DNA from: Mobula hypostoma
Lineage: Eukaryota
Reading direction: 5' to 3'
Length of the DNA: 64,000 bases
Assembly: GCF_963921235.1 (NCBI RefSeq)
Contig: NC_086097.1
Span: forward strand, 26,910,001 to 26,974,000
The translations under genes were made by a program, and so were the position numbers. Of this stretch, positions 34,852-46,610 are shown piece after piece. The notes beneath the pieces were generated by a model. It was not told where the DNA came from and did no database searches. It saw nothing but the letters and a program-made list of their open reading frames with translations. Position 1 is the first letter of the stretch; every line of letters begins with the position of its first letter.

Positions 34852-36356
34852 GTACTCTTATATTCCTTCAACAAATGCACTCGATTGCTTTGTTTCACAG
34901 TTTTATTCCTGTACTCGGGCTCATTGAGCCCAACTCTGCGGAACAAGCTGCCCGAACTTAAGATTCCCCTGGGTTAGAGTCATGGAGCACTACAGAAATC
35001 AGCTCTTCAGCCCATCTAATCTGTACCAGCCCAGGGTTCTGCCCAGTCCCACCTGGACCATAAGGAAAAGGAAAAGATTAAGAATTAGTTTTATTTGTCA
35101 CGTGTACATTGGAACCTAAAGTGAAATGCATCGTTTGCATCAAATCAAATCAGTGAGCACTACGCTGGGGGCAGCCTGCAAGTGTTGTCACACTTCCGGC
35201 ACCAATATCGCATTCCCACCATTCACTAACCCTGACCATATACCTTTGGAATGTTCAAGAAGTACATTTAATGTCAGAGAAATGTATACAATATACATCC
35301 TGAAATTCTGTTTCTTCACAAACATCCATGAAAATAGAGGAGTGCCCCAAAGATTGAATGACAGTTAAATGTTAGAACCCCAAAGCCCCCCAACTCCCCC
35401 CTCACACGCATAAACAGCAGCAAAGCAATGACCCCCCCCACCAGCAAAAAAGCATCGGCACCCCCCACCAAGCACTCAAGCGTGTAGCACTCCAGAATTG
35501 CAGTACCCCAAAGACTACTCGACATACCACAGGCTCTCTCTCTCCCTAATAGGGGAAAAAGAGGTGTCCCCGTTTCACAGCGAGAGGGGAGACATAACAG
35601 ACAACTCGCTGATTTATGGTGTTAAAGGTCTGTTGCGTCGCTTTTTCCGAGCTCTGTGGCCAACGAACACTCGTGTTTCTGGGCACACAGCCAGCAGCCA
35701 GCTCACTGCTTCCAACCCGGGAGGAAAACAGAGCACCGGGAGGAAATCTGCACAGTCACGGGGAGAAAGTACACGCTCCTTTCAGACAGTGGCGGGAATC
35801 GAACTCCCAATCAGTGACCACTGGTGTTGTAAAGTGATTGCGTTAGCTACTACTCTACCATCCTGTCCCAATGCTTTCCCTGTCACTCCACACCTCTCTG
35901 ACCCGCACCAAGCTAAACCACCCTGGTGTTCTTTGGTGTTTGGGAATTCACCATTCCCTAATAATTTCCATGTGGCTTTAGAAGGCCACTCGACCCATTG
36001 AGTCAATGCCAGACCACAGTGCAATCCCACCCATTATCCCCCCCCCCAGTAATTTTCCCTGTAACTTGTTCACGCCAGCTTCTCCCAGATTTTACCATCC
36101 ACCCCAACAATTTACAGTGGCCATTTAACCTGCTAGCTTGCATGTCTTTGTTGTGGGGGGGGGAACAGGACCCACAGGGAAACACTTAACCACCACACAG
36201 ACAGTGTCTGAAGTCAGGATCGAACCCGGATCTATGGCACACGTGAGTCAGCAGCTCTGCCGCTGTGCCACTATGCCAGCCCGCTAACGTGAGCTTGTTC
36301 CAGGGTGTGGGAGCAGTGTGTTCGGTCTGACCTGACGTATGTATCTTGCCTTTCAG

Positions 36357-36430
36357 ATCGCCCGTGGATCTGGAACATTCCTTATCTCCATGCTCCCGAC
36401 ACCAATGGGAATGTCTGGGCCCCATCGTGA
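36357..36430 (+). CDS. TDP1: TDP1 last coding exon with stop codon
   Basis: Acceptor CTTGCCTTTCAG preceded by CTGAC branch-like motifs. The phase-1 join gives (D)[23 protein letters not shown], against human [24 protein letters not shown]. Confidence 0.95.
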
Positions 36431-36606
36431 CTTGCAGAGTTTCCGGGAGGCACTTCCGCGCGCCCTGATCTGGATCATTTTCCCAGACAGAAGAGCACGA
36501 GCAGAATCCAGAAACTGCAGAGCAGTTTACATGCTGACCTGATGAATTCCCCCACATCACTTCCTGTTTGTATTGTCGTTTATATCTCTGTGATTTTTTT
36601 TTGCAG

Positions 36607-36612
36607 AATAAA
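36607..36612 (+). terminator. Likely TDP1 polyadenylation signal
   Basis: First AATAAA after the stop codon, followed by T/GT-rich sequence. Confidence 0.65.
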
Positions 36613-36909
36613 GTTTTTTTGGAATGTGGTTATGCCACTTACCCAAACATTTCTTTCCCACTGTGCGCAATACTTTGGGTTTATGCGTATATTGATGAGG
36701 TAATTTGCTCTTCAAAATGTTTCCCTGTGAAAATACAACCCTTTTTCTTCCTGAGACACAGGAGACGGCAGATACTGGAATCTAGAACAACAAACAAAAC
36801 GCTGAAAGAACTCTGCTCACCCCACTTGCACATGAATCAGGTGAGACCAGGTAAATGAGGGGATTTTTTTTTTAAAGAACTGAGTTACAATCTCAATCAA
36901 TTCGACTTG

Positions 36910-37148
36910 GTAACACAATGCTTTACAGTACAGGCAACCTGGGTTCATTTCCCACCGCTGCCTGTAAGGAGTTTGTACTTTCTCCCTGTGACTGCGTTTG
37001 TTTGCTCCCACAGTCCAGTTGCTGGGTTAATTGGTCATTGTAAATTGTCCGGTGGTTAGACTGGAGTTAAATCGGGGGGTTGCTTGGCAGCGTGGCTCAG
37101 AGTGCTGGTAGGGCTTATTCCGCACTCTGTGTCAGTAAATACATAAAA
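36910..37148 (+). mobile_element. V-SINE
   Basis: gggttcatttcc B-box-like sequence, 'tgtaaggagtttgtac' core and TAAA-type tail. Confidence 0.7.
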
Positions 37149-37354
37149 TATCCCAACGACTGAATGAAGAAACGATATTTAACTTCCAAAAGGGAACTGG
37201 ATAAATGATTCAAAACAAACAGCAATTGCTGATCTTTTGGGAAATCAGGACTAATGTAAGGGCTCCAATGCAACCCTGGAGAGGTACTGGTTTATTATTG
37301 TCGTGTGCAGCAAGATACGGTGAAAAGCTCGTTTTGCATACTGTTCATACAGAT

Positions 37355-37830
37355 GAACACATACAGAATGCTGGAGGAACATAACAAGTCAGGAGGGGAA
37401 TATATAGCTGATGTTTCAGGCTGAGACCTTTCACCAGGTCTGGAAAGGAAGAAGCGAGAATAAGGTGGTGGTGGTGGGGAGGGGGGTGTTTGGGCAAAGA
37501 GAACAGGCCAAAAGGTGATGGGTGGATGGAGCCAGGTGAAGGGGAAGGTGGGTGGGGGGAGATGAAGTGAGAAGCTGGGAGGTGGAAGTGCTGAAGGGCT
37601 GAAGAAGGGAAAAATCTGATGGAAGAGGAGAAAGGACCATGGGAGAAAGGGAAGGAGGAGGGCACCAGGTGAGGTGAAGAGAAGAGGTAAGAGGGGAGCC
37701 AGAGTGGGGGATAGAAGAATGGAGAGGGGGAAAAATTACCAGAAGTTAAGAGAAATCAATGTAGGAGGCCACCTAGACAGAACATGAGGTGTTGCTCCTC
37801 TGACCTGAGAGTGGCCTCATCGTGGCAGAA
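37355..37830 (-). mobile_element. Penelope-like 3' fragment with mutated hammerhead (37405-37443)
   Basis: Homologous to 32312-32790. The core reads CTGGTGA...GAAAC. Confidence 0.75.
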
Positions 37831-38954
37831 GAGGGGGCCACTTGCACAATGCATTGAGCTAGAATAAAGTGAAGCAATAACAATGCAGAATAAAGTGTAA
37901 AAGCTACTGGCATAAGTGCAGTGCAGATAGTGCACGATCATAATGGGGTAGATTGTGAGGCAAAGAGTCCGCCTTATCATACAAGAGGGCCATTCAAAAG
38001 CCTGTTAAGACCAAGATAGAAGCTGTCCTCGAGCTGGTGCTACGTGGTTTCAGGCTTTTGTATCTTCTCCCCAGTGGAGGATGGGAGAAGAGACAATGTC
38101 TAGGGTGGGTGGGGGTCTTTGAGTATGTCTGCTGCACTACTGAGGCAGCAAGATGTATAGACAGAATCTGTAGAGGGGAGGAGAGCTCCTATGATGTCTT
38201 GCGGTCATATTGCCATAACAAGCAATTATGCATCCAGACAGAATGCTTTCTGTGGTGCATTGGTAAGGATCAAAGGGGACATGCTGAATTCCTTTCGTCT
38301 CCTGAGGAAGTAGAGGTGTCACTGAGCGCTCTTGGTGCACCTCACAGGGGTTATTTAAAGTGGAGATAGATAAATTGTTGAAAGATCAGGAAATGAAGTG
38401 CAGTGGGGGAATGGAACAGAAAAGGTGATGTGTTCTGGAGCTGTGATGTGTTTTTAATTACACCTGTGCATAAATGTACTCAGATTAATTTAATTATCAC
38501 ATGTACATCGAAACATACAGTGAAATACATAATTTACGTCAACAACCAACACAGCCTAAGGATGTGGTGGGAGCAACCTGCAAGTGTCGCCATACATTTT
38601 GGCACCAACATAGCATGCGCTCCGTCATCTTCACAGAACAACACAAGCAACAATAAAACAAGCCCCTTCCTTCCACCCTCCCACCCGTGCACGCAAACAG
38701 ACAGTTCTCTAACCCGAGGTCGGGCCATATACTTGTGTATATGACGGTAGTGTTGACATTGTCAGATCAGTCATGATCTTATTGAATGATGGTGCAGGCT
38801 AGAGGGACCAAGTAACCCATTCCTGGTTTAAGTTTCTTCTTTGGACCACCTGCCCCTCCCGGCCAATAAAATACCTAAAATGTAGTTGCTGTTGCAATAT
38901 AGAAGGTTTGGTTCTGGTCAACACTCTATAGGTAGGGTATGAACATGAGATTCT

Positions 38955-39087
38955 GCAAACACACGCAAAATGCTGGAGGAACTCAGCAGGTCAGGAAGTA
39001 TCGGTGGAAGGAAATGATAGGTTTATTCCCCTCCGTAGATGCTGCCTGACCTGCTGAGTTCCTCCAACATTTTGTGTGTGTGTTGCT
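38955..39087. mobile_element. Palindromic Penelope-terminal-repeat mini-element
   Basis: ACACACGCAAAATGCTGGAGGAACTCAGCAGGTCAGG...CCTGACCTGCTGAGTTCCTCCAACATTTTGTGTGTGT. Confidence 0.8.
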
Positions 39088-39941
39088 TTAGGAAGGATAT
39101 GCCTGTACTGCAGAAGGTGTAGAGGAGATTCACCGGGACATTGCCTGGATTGGCAGATTGGAAGAGACTGAATAGACAGGAGCAAAAGAAGCTGAAGGCT
39201 AACCTGATGAAAATATACAGACGGACTAGGTTTGGGTTATTGAGTTACAGTGAGTTTTTTTTTGCTTGCATGCTATCCAGACAGATGATAAGTAGGTTGA
39301 GGTAGTATAAAGGAAACAGAGTGAAGAATATACAGTAATGTTGCAGCTACATAGAAAGTACAGTGCAGGTAGACAGATAAAGTGCAAAGGCCACCACGGG
39401 GGAGACTGGGAGATCAAGGGTTCATCTTTTTGCATATGAGAGCTCCATTCAACAGTCTGATAAAAATGGGATCAGAGCTGTCCTTTTGTATTCTGCCTGT
39501 TGGGAGGGGAGGAAGGGAGAATGTCCAAGGTGGGTGGGGTCTTTGATTATACTTGCTGCTTTGCTGGGGCAGCGACAAGTGTAGACAAACCCATGGAGGG
39601 GAGGCTGGTTCCTGTGATGTGCTGAGCAGTTGTCATTGTGCATTGCCATCGGATGCTTTCTGTGGTGCTTTGATTAAAAATTGGTAAGGGTCTTCGGAAG
39701 TAGAAAGATTGGTGAACTTTCTTGGCCATGATTTCTTGTCTACATGGTTGGACCAGGGACCATACCATTACCTTGTCTGAAATGTTGATCACTAACTGGT
39801 CTGGCAGAGTGTGAAGTGGTCTGGATGATTACAAACTAGTCCAGCTGATCTAATAATGTTCCAGGGCAGTTCCAACCAATCCAGCTGGTCTGAGGGATCA
39901 CAAACTGGTCTTGGAGTGGACAGTCATAAAATACTGTAGGG

Positions 39942-40021
39942 CAGGGGCTCCCATCCTTTTTTATGCAATGGACCCCTCCCATTAACCAAGGGGCCCATGG
40001 ACCTCGAGTTGGGAATCCCTG
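39942..40021. mobile_element. 80-bp hAT MITE
   Basis: TIRs CAGGGGCTCCCA / TGGGAATCCCTG and 8-bp TSD CT(G/C)TAGGG at 39934-39941 and 40022-40029. A related half-copy ends near 23948. Confidence 0.85.
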
Positions 40022-40169
40022 CTCTAGGGTTCAAAAACAATCAGACTACTCCAGGTTATCACATGTAGAGGGGTTGTCAGGGAAGAGTGATTATAACGTG
40101 CTAAAGCTTCTAAAGATTGGGAGTTGAAGAGTCAAATACCAAGAAACAGATACTCCTTCCCAGTTACCA

Positions 40170-41885
40170 TTAAGGATGTCATGCTGAGGCTTAATGTCAG
40201 ACTATACTTGGAGTATTGTGAGCCATTTTGAGCCCCGTATCTAAGAAAGCATGTGCTGGAGATGGAGAGGGTCAAAAGGAGATTCCTGAGAATGATCCCA
40301 GGAATGAAAGGGTTAACTTACAAGGAGCATTTGATGACTCTGGACCTGTACTCCCTGGAGTCCAGAAAAATGAGAGGGGTTCTCATTGAAGCCTATCAAA
40401 TATTAAAAGGCCTAGGTAGAGTGGACGTTGAGGGAATGTTTCCAATAGTGGAGGAGTCTCGGAGCAGAGGGCACAGCCTTAGACTACAATGACGTCCCTT
40501 TAGAGCAAAGATTAGGAATTTCTTTAGCCAGAGGGTGGTGAATCTGTGGAATTCATCGCCACAGATGGCTGTGGAGGCCAATTTATTGGGTATATTTTAA
40601 GCAAAGGTTCTTGATTAGTAAGGGTGTCAGAGGTTACAGGGAGAAGGCAGGAGATGGGTTGAGAGGGAAAATAAATCGGCCATGATGAAAAGGCAAAGTA
40701 GACCCGATGGGCCAAATAGCCTAATTCTGCTTCTATTTCTTATGGTCACTGTCTCTGCACTGACCAACAAACACCTGAATCCTGCACTGATCCCATCTGA
40801 TTTTCTCCATATTTCCACCAACTCCTAAATGTGAATACAGTAGACTGCGAGAGCGTGAGGTGTCAGGTGACTTGTGTGGACTCAGAAACTCGGGCTTTGG
40901 CAGCACACAAGCAATGGCTAAAGTTTAAAGAATTAGTGCGTAGTTCACAAGTGAAATATAAACATTCAAAGTAAATACAACTGAGTAGAAAAATGGTCCA
41001 TCTATGGCAATCATGAGAAGCTGAAGATAGTAGAAGATCAAAGGCATGTAATGTTGCCAAAATAAAAGCAAATGATTGGAAAATGTTCAGAATCCCACAG
41101 AGGAGAATAAGGCATTGAGAAGGAATGGAAAAGTAGAAATGAGTTTAGATGAACAAGAAGCAGCGAGAAATATTCAAAGAGATTCTCTGGATAGATAAGA
41201 GGGGAAAAGATTTGCAGGTCCCTTACAAACTGAGACAGATGTAATTATATTGGTTTGTTATTATTTCACATGTAATCAAGCTACTTAGTACAGGAGGTGG
41301 GATGATGTGTTAAAGTCGTATAAGCATGTTTGTGGGGCCAATTTTGGGAGTATCGTGTGCTCTTCTGGTCACCTACCTACAGACAGGAAAGATTATCAAT
41401 AAGATTGAAAGAGTGCAGAGAAAATTATCAAAGATGTAGTAGAGTTAAGGACCTGAGTTATATGGAAGTAGGTTGAATAGGTTAGGACGTCATTCGCTGG
41501 AGCCTCTGAGAATGAAGGGAGATTTGACAGAGGTATATAAAATTATGGGGAATATAGATAGGGTAAATGCAAGCAGGCTTTATACACTGAGGATGGGTGA
41601 GACTAGAATTAGAAGTCATGGGTTAAGGGTGAGAGGTGAAATGTTTAACAGGAACATGAGGGGGAGCTTCTTCACTCTGAGGGTGGTGTGAGTGTGGGTG
41701 TAACTGGCTGCCAGTGGAAGTGGTGGATGCAGGTTCAATTTCACCATTCAAGTTAAGTGTGGAGAAGTACATGGATTGGAAGGGCGGAGGGCGATAGTCC
41801 AGATGCAGGTGAATGGGACTAGGCAAAGTAATGATTTGGTAAGGACTGGATGGGTCTGTTTCTGTGCAGTAGTGCTCTGTGACTC
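40170..41885 (+). mobile_element. Two adjacent degraded CR1 fragments (40170-40745 and about 40830-41885)
   Basis: RRFLRMIPGMKGLTY..L and GDLTEVYKIM.NIDRVNASRL motifs, with CR1 3' UTRs. Confidence 0.75.
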
Positions 41886-43087
41886 TATGTACTGATGTAC
41901 AGTGAAAAGCTTTGTAATGCATGCCTTCCGCATTGATCATTTCATCGTAACAGTGCATTGAGGCAGTAATGACAGAATTCAAAGTATAGTTCCAGTTACA
42001 GAGGACATGGTGTGCAGATAGATAATGAGGTGCAAGGTCATGCTGAGCTAAATTATGAGGTTAAGGGTCCATCTCAGGGTACCAGTCAATGGCCTTATAA
42101 TAGTGGGATGGAAGTTGTCCTTGACCCTGGTGGTATGTGCTTTCAGCCTTTCGTATCTTCTGCCCGATAGGAGGGGGTGATAAGAGAGAATGTCCAGTGT
42201 GTGTGGGTGGGATCTTTGGTTGTGTTGGCTGCTTTATTGAGGGAGCAACAAGGGTAGACAGTGTCTATGGAGTGGAGGCTGGTTTCCAATATGTTCTGAG
42301 CTGTGTCCACAACTTTGTCCATAACCACAAGAACCAGCAGAGTAGTTGCCCAGCCAAGCTGTGATGCGTCTAGAAAAGATGCTTTCTATGGTGCATCGAT
42401 AAAAATTGGGGCATGCCAAATTTCTTTAGCCTTAGACCATAAGATGAAGGTGCAGAATTAGAGTTGTTGGTGAGCTTCCTTGCCTGAGGCATCTATATGG
42501 ATAGACCAGGACAGGTCCAGGTGATGTTGACTCCTAGAAAGTTTAAGTTCTCAACCCCTTCAAAAATCGGTGTGCAATTTGGAGGGGAACTTGCTGATAA
42601 TGGGGTGGGGTCTCTTGGCACCAGATGTGTGGCGACACTTGCTCAGCACAATCCTCACTGATTTGATTTGATGCAGATGGCACATTCTACTATACCTTTT
42701 GATGTACATGTGACAAATAAAACTACTCTTCATCTTCAATATGTGCCAATGAGACCCAAATTCCAGAAAACTAGTGAATAAAAAAAAACTCATGTACAGA
42801 GCTGGGTGCAGATTGTCATCGAGTCTTTGAGCACTACAGCACAGCAACAGGCCCTTAAGCCCATCTACTGACCAGGTCTTCTCCTTGGTACCATCTGCCT
42901 GCACCTGGACCATAACCCTCCCACCCATATGCCTATCCAAACTTCTCTTCAACGTTGCAGTTCAACCTGCATCCACCACTTCTGGCAGTTCATTCAACAC
43001 TTGCACCACTCTGAGGGAAGATGTTCCCCTTAAATATTTCACCTTTCACTCTTAATCCATGACCTCTAGTTCCAGTCACTTGTGATA

Positions 43088-44762
43088 AACCATAATACAT
43101 AGGAACAGAATTAGGCCATTCCATCATGTCTGATCCCAGATCCCACTCAACTCCATATACCTACCTTCTCTCCATATCCTTTGATGAAACTATCAACTTC
43201 CACTTTAAATATACCCACGGACTTGGCCTCCATTGCAGTCTGTGGCACAGCATTCCATAGATTCATTACTCTCTGGCTAAAAAAATTCCTCTTTACCTCT
43301 GTTGTAAAAGGTCACCCCATCAATTTTGAGGCTGTGCCCTCTGGTTCTGGATGCCCCCACCATGGGAAACATCCTCTTCACAACCACCTTATCTAGGCCT
43401 TTCAACATTTGGTAGGTTTCAATGAGATCCCCCTGTATTCTTCTAAATTCCAGTGAGTACAGGCCCAAAGCTGCCAAGCACTCCTCATACATTAACCCCT
43501 TCGTTCCTGGAATCATCCTCATGAACCTCCGGTGGACTCTCTCTAATGACAACACATCCTTTCTGAGATATGGGGCCCAAAACTGTTGACAGTACCCCAA
43601 GTGTGGCCTGACTAGTGCCTTATAAAGGCTCAGCATTACCTCCTTGCTTTTATATGGTGCATTAAAGTATATTCTACTCCCCTTGAAATAAATGCCAACA
43701 TTGCACCCTTCTTTACCACAGACGCAACCTGTAAATTAACTTTCTGGAAGTCTTGCACAAGGATTCCCAAGTCCCTCTGCACCTCTGATGTTTGAACCTT
43801 CTCCATTTAGATAATAGGCTGCACTATTGTTCCTTTCACCAAAATGCATTATCATACATTTCCCAACACTGTATTCCATCTGCCACTTTTTTGCCCATTC
43901 TTCCAAATTGTTTAAGTCGTGCTGAAATTGCTTTGCTTCCTCAGCATTATCTACCTTCCATCTATCTTCGTATCATCCACAAACTTCGCCACAAAGCCAT
44001 CAATTCCATTATCCAAATCATTGACAAACAATGTGAAAAGTAACAGTCCCAATACCGACCCCTGATGACACCAGACACTGGCAGCCAACCAGAAAAGGCC
44101 CCCTTTATTCCCACTCACTGCCTCCTGCCTGTCAGCCATTCCTCTATCCATGCCAGTATCTTTCCTGTAATGCCATAGGAATTGTCTTGTTAAGCAGCCT
44201 CTTGTGTGGCACCTTATCAAATACCATCTGAAATTCCAAGAAAATGACATCCACTGCCTCTCCATTGTCCATCTTGCTTGTTACTTCCTCGAAGAATTCT
44301 AACAGATTTGTCAGGCAAGATTTCCCTTTCCTGAAACCAAACTGACTTTGACTTATTTCGTCATTAGTCTCCAAGTACCCCGAAACCTCATCCTTGATAA
44401 TAGACTCCAACACTTTCCCAACCACTGAGGTTAGGCTAACTGGCCTATAATTTATTTTCTTTTGCCTACTTCCCTTCTTAAAGAGTGAAGTGACATTTGC
44501 AATTTTCCAATCCTCTGGGACCATGCCAGAATCAAGTGATTCTTGAAAGATCATGACCAATGCATCCGTTATCTCTTCAGCAATCTCTCTCAGGGCTCTG
44601 GGATGTAGACCAGCTGGTCCAGGTGACTTATCCACTTTAAGACCTTCCAGTTTGCCGAGCACTTTTTCCTCTGTAATAGTAATGGCACTCACCCCTACTC
44701 CCTGACATTCACGGACCTCTGGCACACTGCTAGTACCTTCCACAACGAAGACTGATGTAAAA
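43088..44762 (-). mobile_element. CR1 LINE, 5'-truncated, frameshifted
   Basis: LKVDKSPGP, NYRPVSLTSVVGK, GFRKGKSCLTNL, QGSVLG, KFVDDTK and LYKALVRPHL. Confidence 0.9.
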
Positions 44763-45229
44763 TCTCCATCCTCCCCTGTTGAGGCAGACCAGTAGTGGGG
44801 GAAGAAAACAGGAGGAACCCACTTGAAACCTCACCCCTACCCTGACACCTCCCCGCACTCACATCATAGACATCGACGCCGCCCCCAGCCTCTCCATCAC
44901 TCATACCCCTCCACACCACCATCCCCACTTCCCTTGTACCTCTCACAGCCTCTCCCTCCATGCCCCAACCCCCCACACACAACCTCCACCCCAAATCACC
45001 TCAATACACATCTACTTCCCTCCTCACGCCCTCTCCCCATCATCTTTCTCTCTCCCCTCTTCCTTCTCCTCAGTGCCTTCTCCTCTCCCTTCCCCTTTCC
45101 CTCCTTCCCTTACTCCTGACCCCTTGCCGCCTTCTCCCCCTCCCCTCACTCCTGACCCCCTGCCGCCTTCTCCCCCTCCCCTTTTCCCCACCCCACCCCT
45201 CGTCCCTCCTCTCTCCCCACTCTCTGCTC

Positions 45230-46610
45230 TCACAGCCAGGGCGAGGAACGGTGGGGACAGCAGCGCTGCGGGTCGCCGCCGCCTGTGTGGGGCAGGGGCT
45301 GAGACCGAGTGTGTGAAGCCGCGTCAGTTTCGAGAGGAGGAGCTCGTGTTTAATTTTATCTCCGGCGCGTAGAAGAGCGGATCAGAAAATGTTCCTGTAG
45401 TCTTCCGGAGAACTACTGTGACCACACCGAGGCGGCGGGTTCAGTCTGTAATCTCGGGAACCACTAGGAAATTCTAGGAGATCTCAGCAAGGAATTTTAT
45501 AAGGAGAGACCTCGTTAACAACACCTGAGACAGCGCAGACTGTGACATAGAAGCTTCGATGCGTGGAAAACTGAGCCTGGAGTATCCCGGGAAGTGTCTG
45601 GAAGGTGTGTGTACCCATTGCGGCTGAGAAGGTTGTGCCCTGGTCGTAGCGTAACTGGTGCCGAGATTGTCAAATTAAGCTCGGAGGGAGAGCGGTTATC
45701 GCCAGCTTCGGTTTGGGTTGGCAAAATGGAGCGGTGATTTCGGCAGAGAGGGGAGCGGTGGTCAGAGGGAAAAGCTGTGTCCGGGGCTGGGACCCGGGAC
45801 CCGGGACCCGGGACCGAGAAAAACACAAAATGTTGGGGAGACACAGCGCGTCGGTCAGCGCCCGTGGAGAGAGAAACAGAGTGGAGGGCTTGGGTCCATG
45901 ATCTTCCGCCAGAACGGCGCGTTTGTTCGTACAGCACGGAAATAGGCCATTCGGCCCAACACTCATGTTTACCCAGATTTCCATCCAAGCTACCGACTGA
46001 GATAAGAAGAGTCAGTTCAGAATGGGGCAGTTTTAGTAATGACTGCGTTGTATTGAGGATCAACAGGACCAGGTAAACGTGGAGCCTTCAACTGCCCGGG
46101 CGAGTTAAAACATTCGGTTGAGTCTTGCTGTGCTCCGCCAGTGGCCGGGGTGATGGCTACCCGCAAGGGCTGCTTTTGCCCCAACGAGGACAATGCTCGC
46201 TTCGTGCTTCTGGCGTTGCTGATCGGCGTGTACCTGGTGTGCGGCGCCGCCGTCTTCTCGGCTATCGAGCGGGACAAGGAGCTGGAATCGCAGCGCCGGT
46301 GGGCGCAGCGGAGGGAGAACTTCAGCCGGAGGTACAACATCAGCCGGCTGGAGCTCAGCGCCTTCCTGGGGCACTACGAGGAAGCCGGCATGGCCGGAGT
46401 GCGAGTGGACGAGACCCGACCCCGCTGGGACTTCGCTGGCTCCTTCTACTTTGTGGGCACCGTGGTGTCCACCATAGGTAACAAGATACTGTATCCGCCT
46501 CCCCTTCCCCAGACCCCGCTCGGTGCCGAGGGTAAACCGCAAGTAATGAACCCATACGCCCATAAGACGTAGGAGCAGAATTAGTCTATTCGGCCCGTCG
46601 CGTTTCCTTC
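45230..46610 (+). promoter_or_regulatory. CpG island / likely promoter and 5' region of KCNK13
   Basis: CpG and GC are visibly enriched relative to the CpG-depleted surroundings, over a span that includes the first coding exon. The TSS cannot be determined from sequence. Confidence 0.7.
46153..46477 (+). CDS. KCNK13: Two-pore-domain potassium channel THIK-1, first coding exon
   Basis: MATRKGCFCPNEDNARFVLL...GAAVFSAIE...RPRWDFAGSFYFVGTVVSTIG covers M1, the cap and the P1 start. Donor GTAACA at 46478, phase 1. NEDNARF and adjacency to TDP1 favour KCNK13 over KCNK12. Exon 2 is not in the window. Confidence 0.93.

Noticed and set aside
36339..36542. 67-aa [15 protein letters not shown]...
   Set aside because: It is the wrong frame over the TDP1 last exon. 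The real frame is phase 1 and stops at 36430.
46153..46477. KCNK12 (THIK-2) assignment
   Set aside because: The short N-terminus, NEDNARF and the position downstream of TDP1 fit KCNK13 better.
46141..46572. 143-aa ORF as a complete small channel protein
   Set aside because: It starts at a GTG upstream of the ATG at 46153 and reads through the donor at 46478. NKILYPPPLP... is intron sequence.
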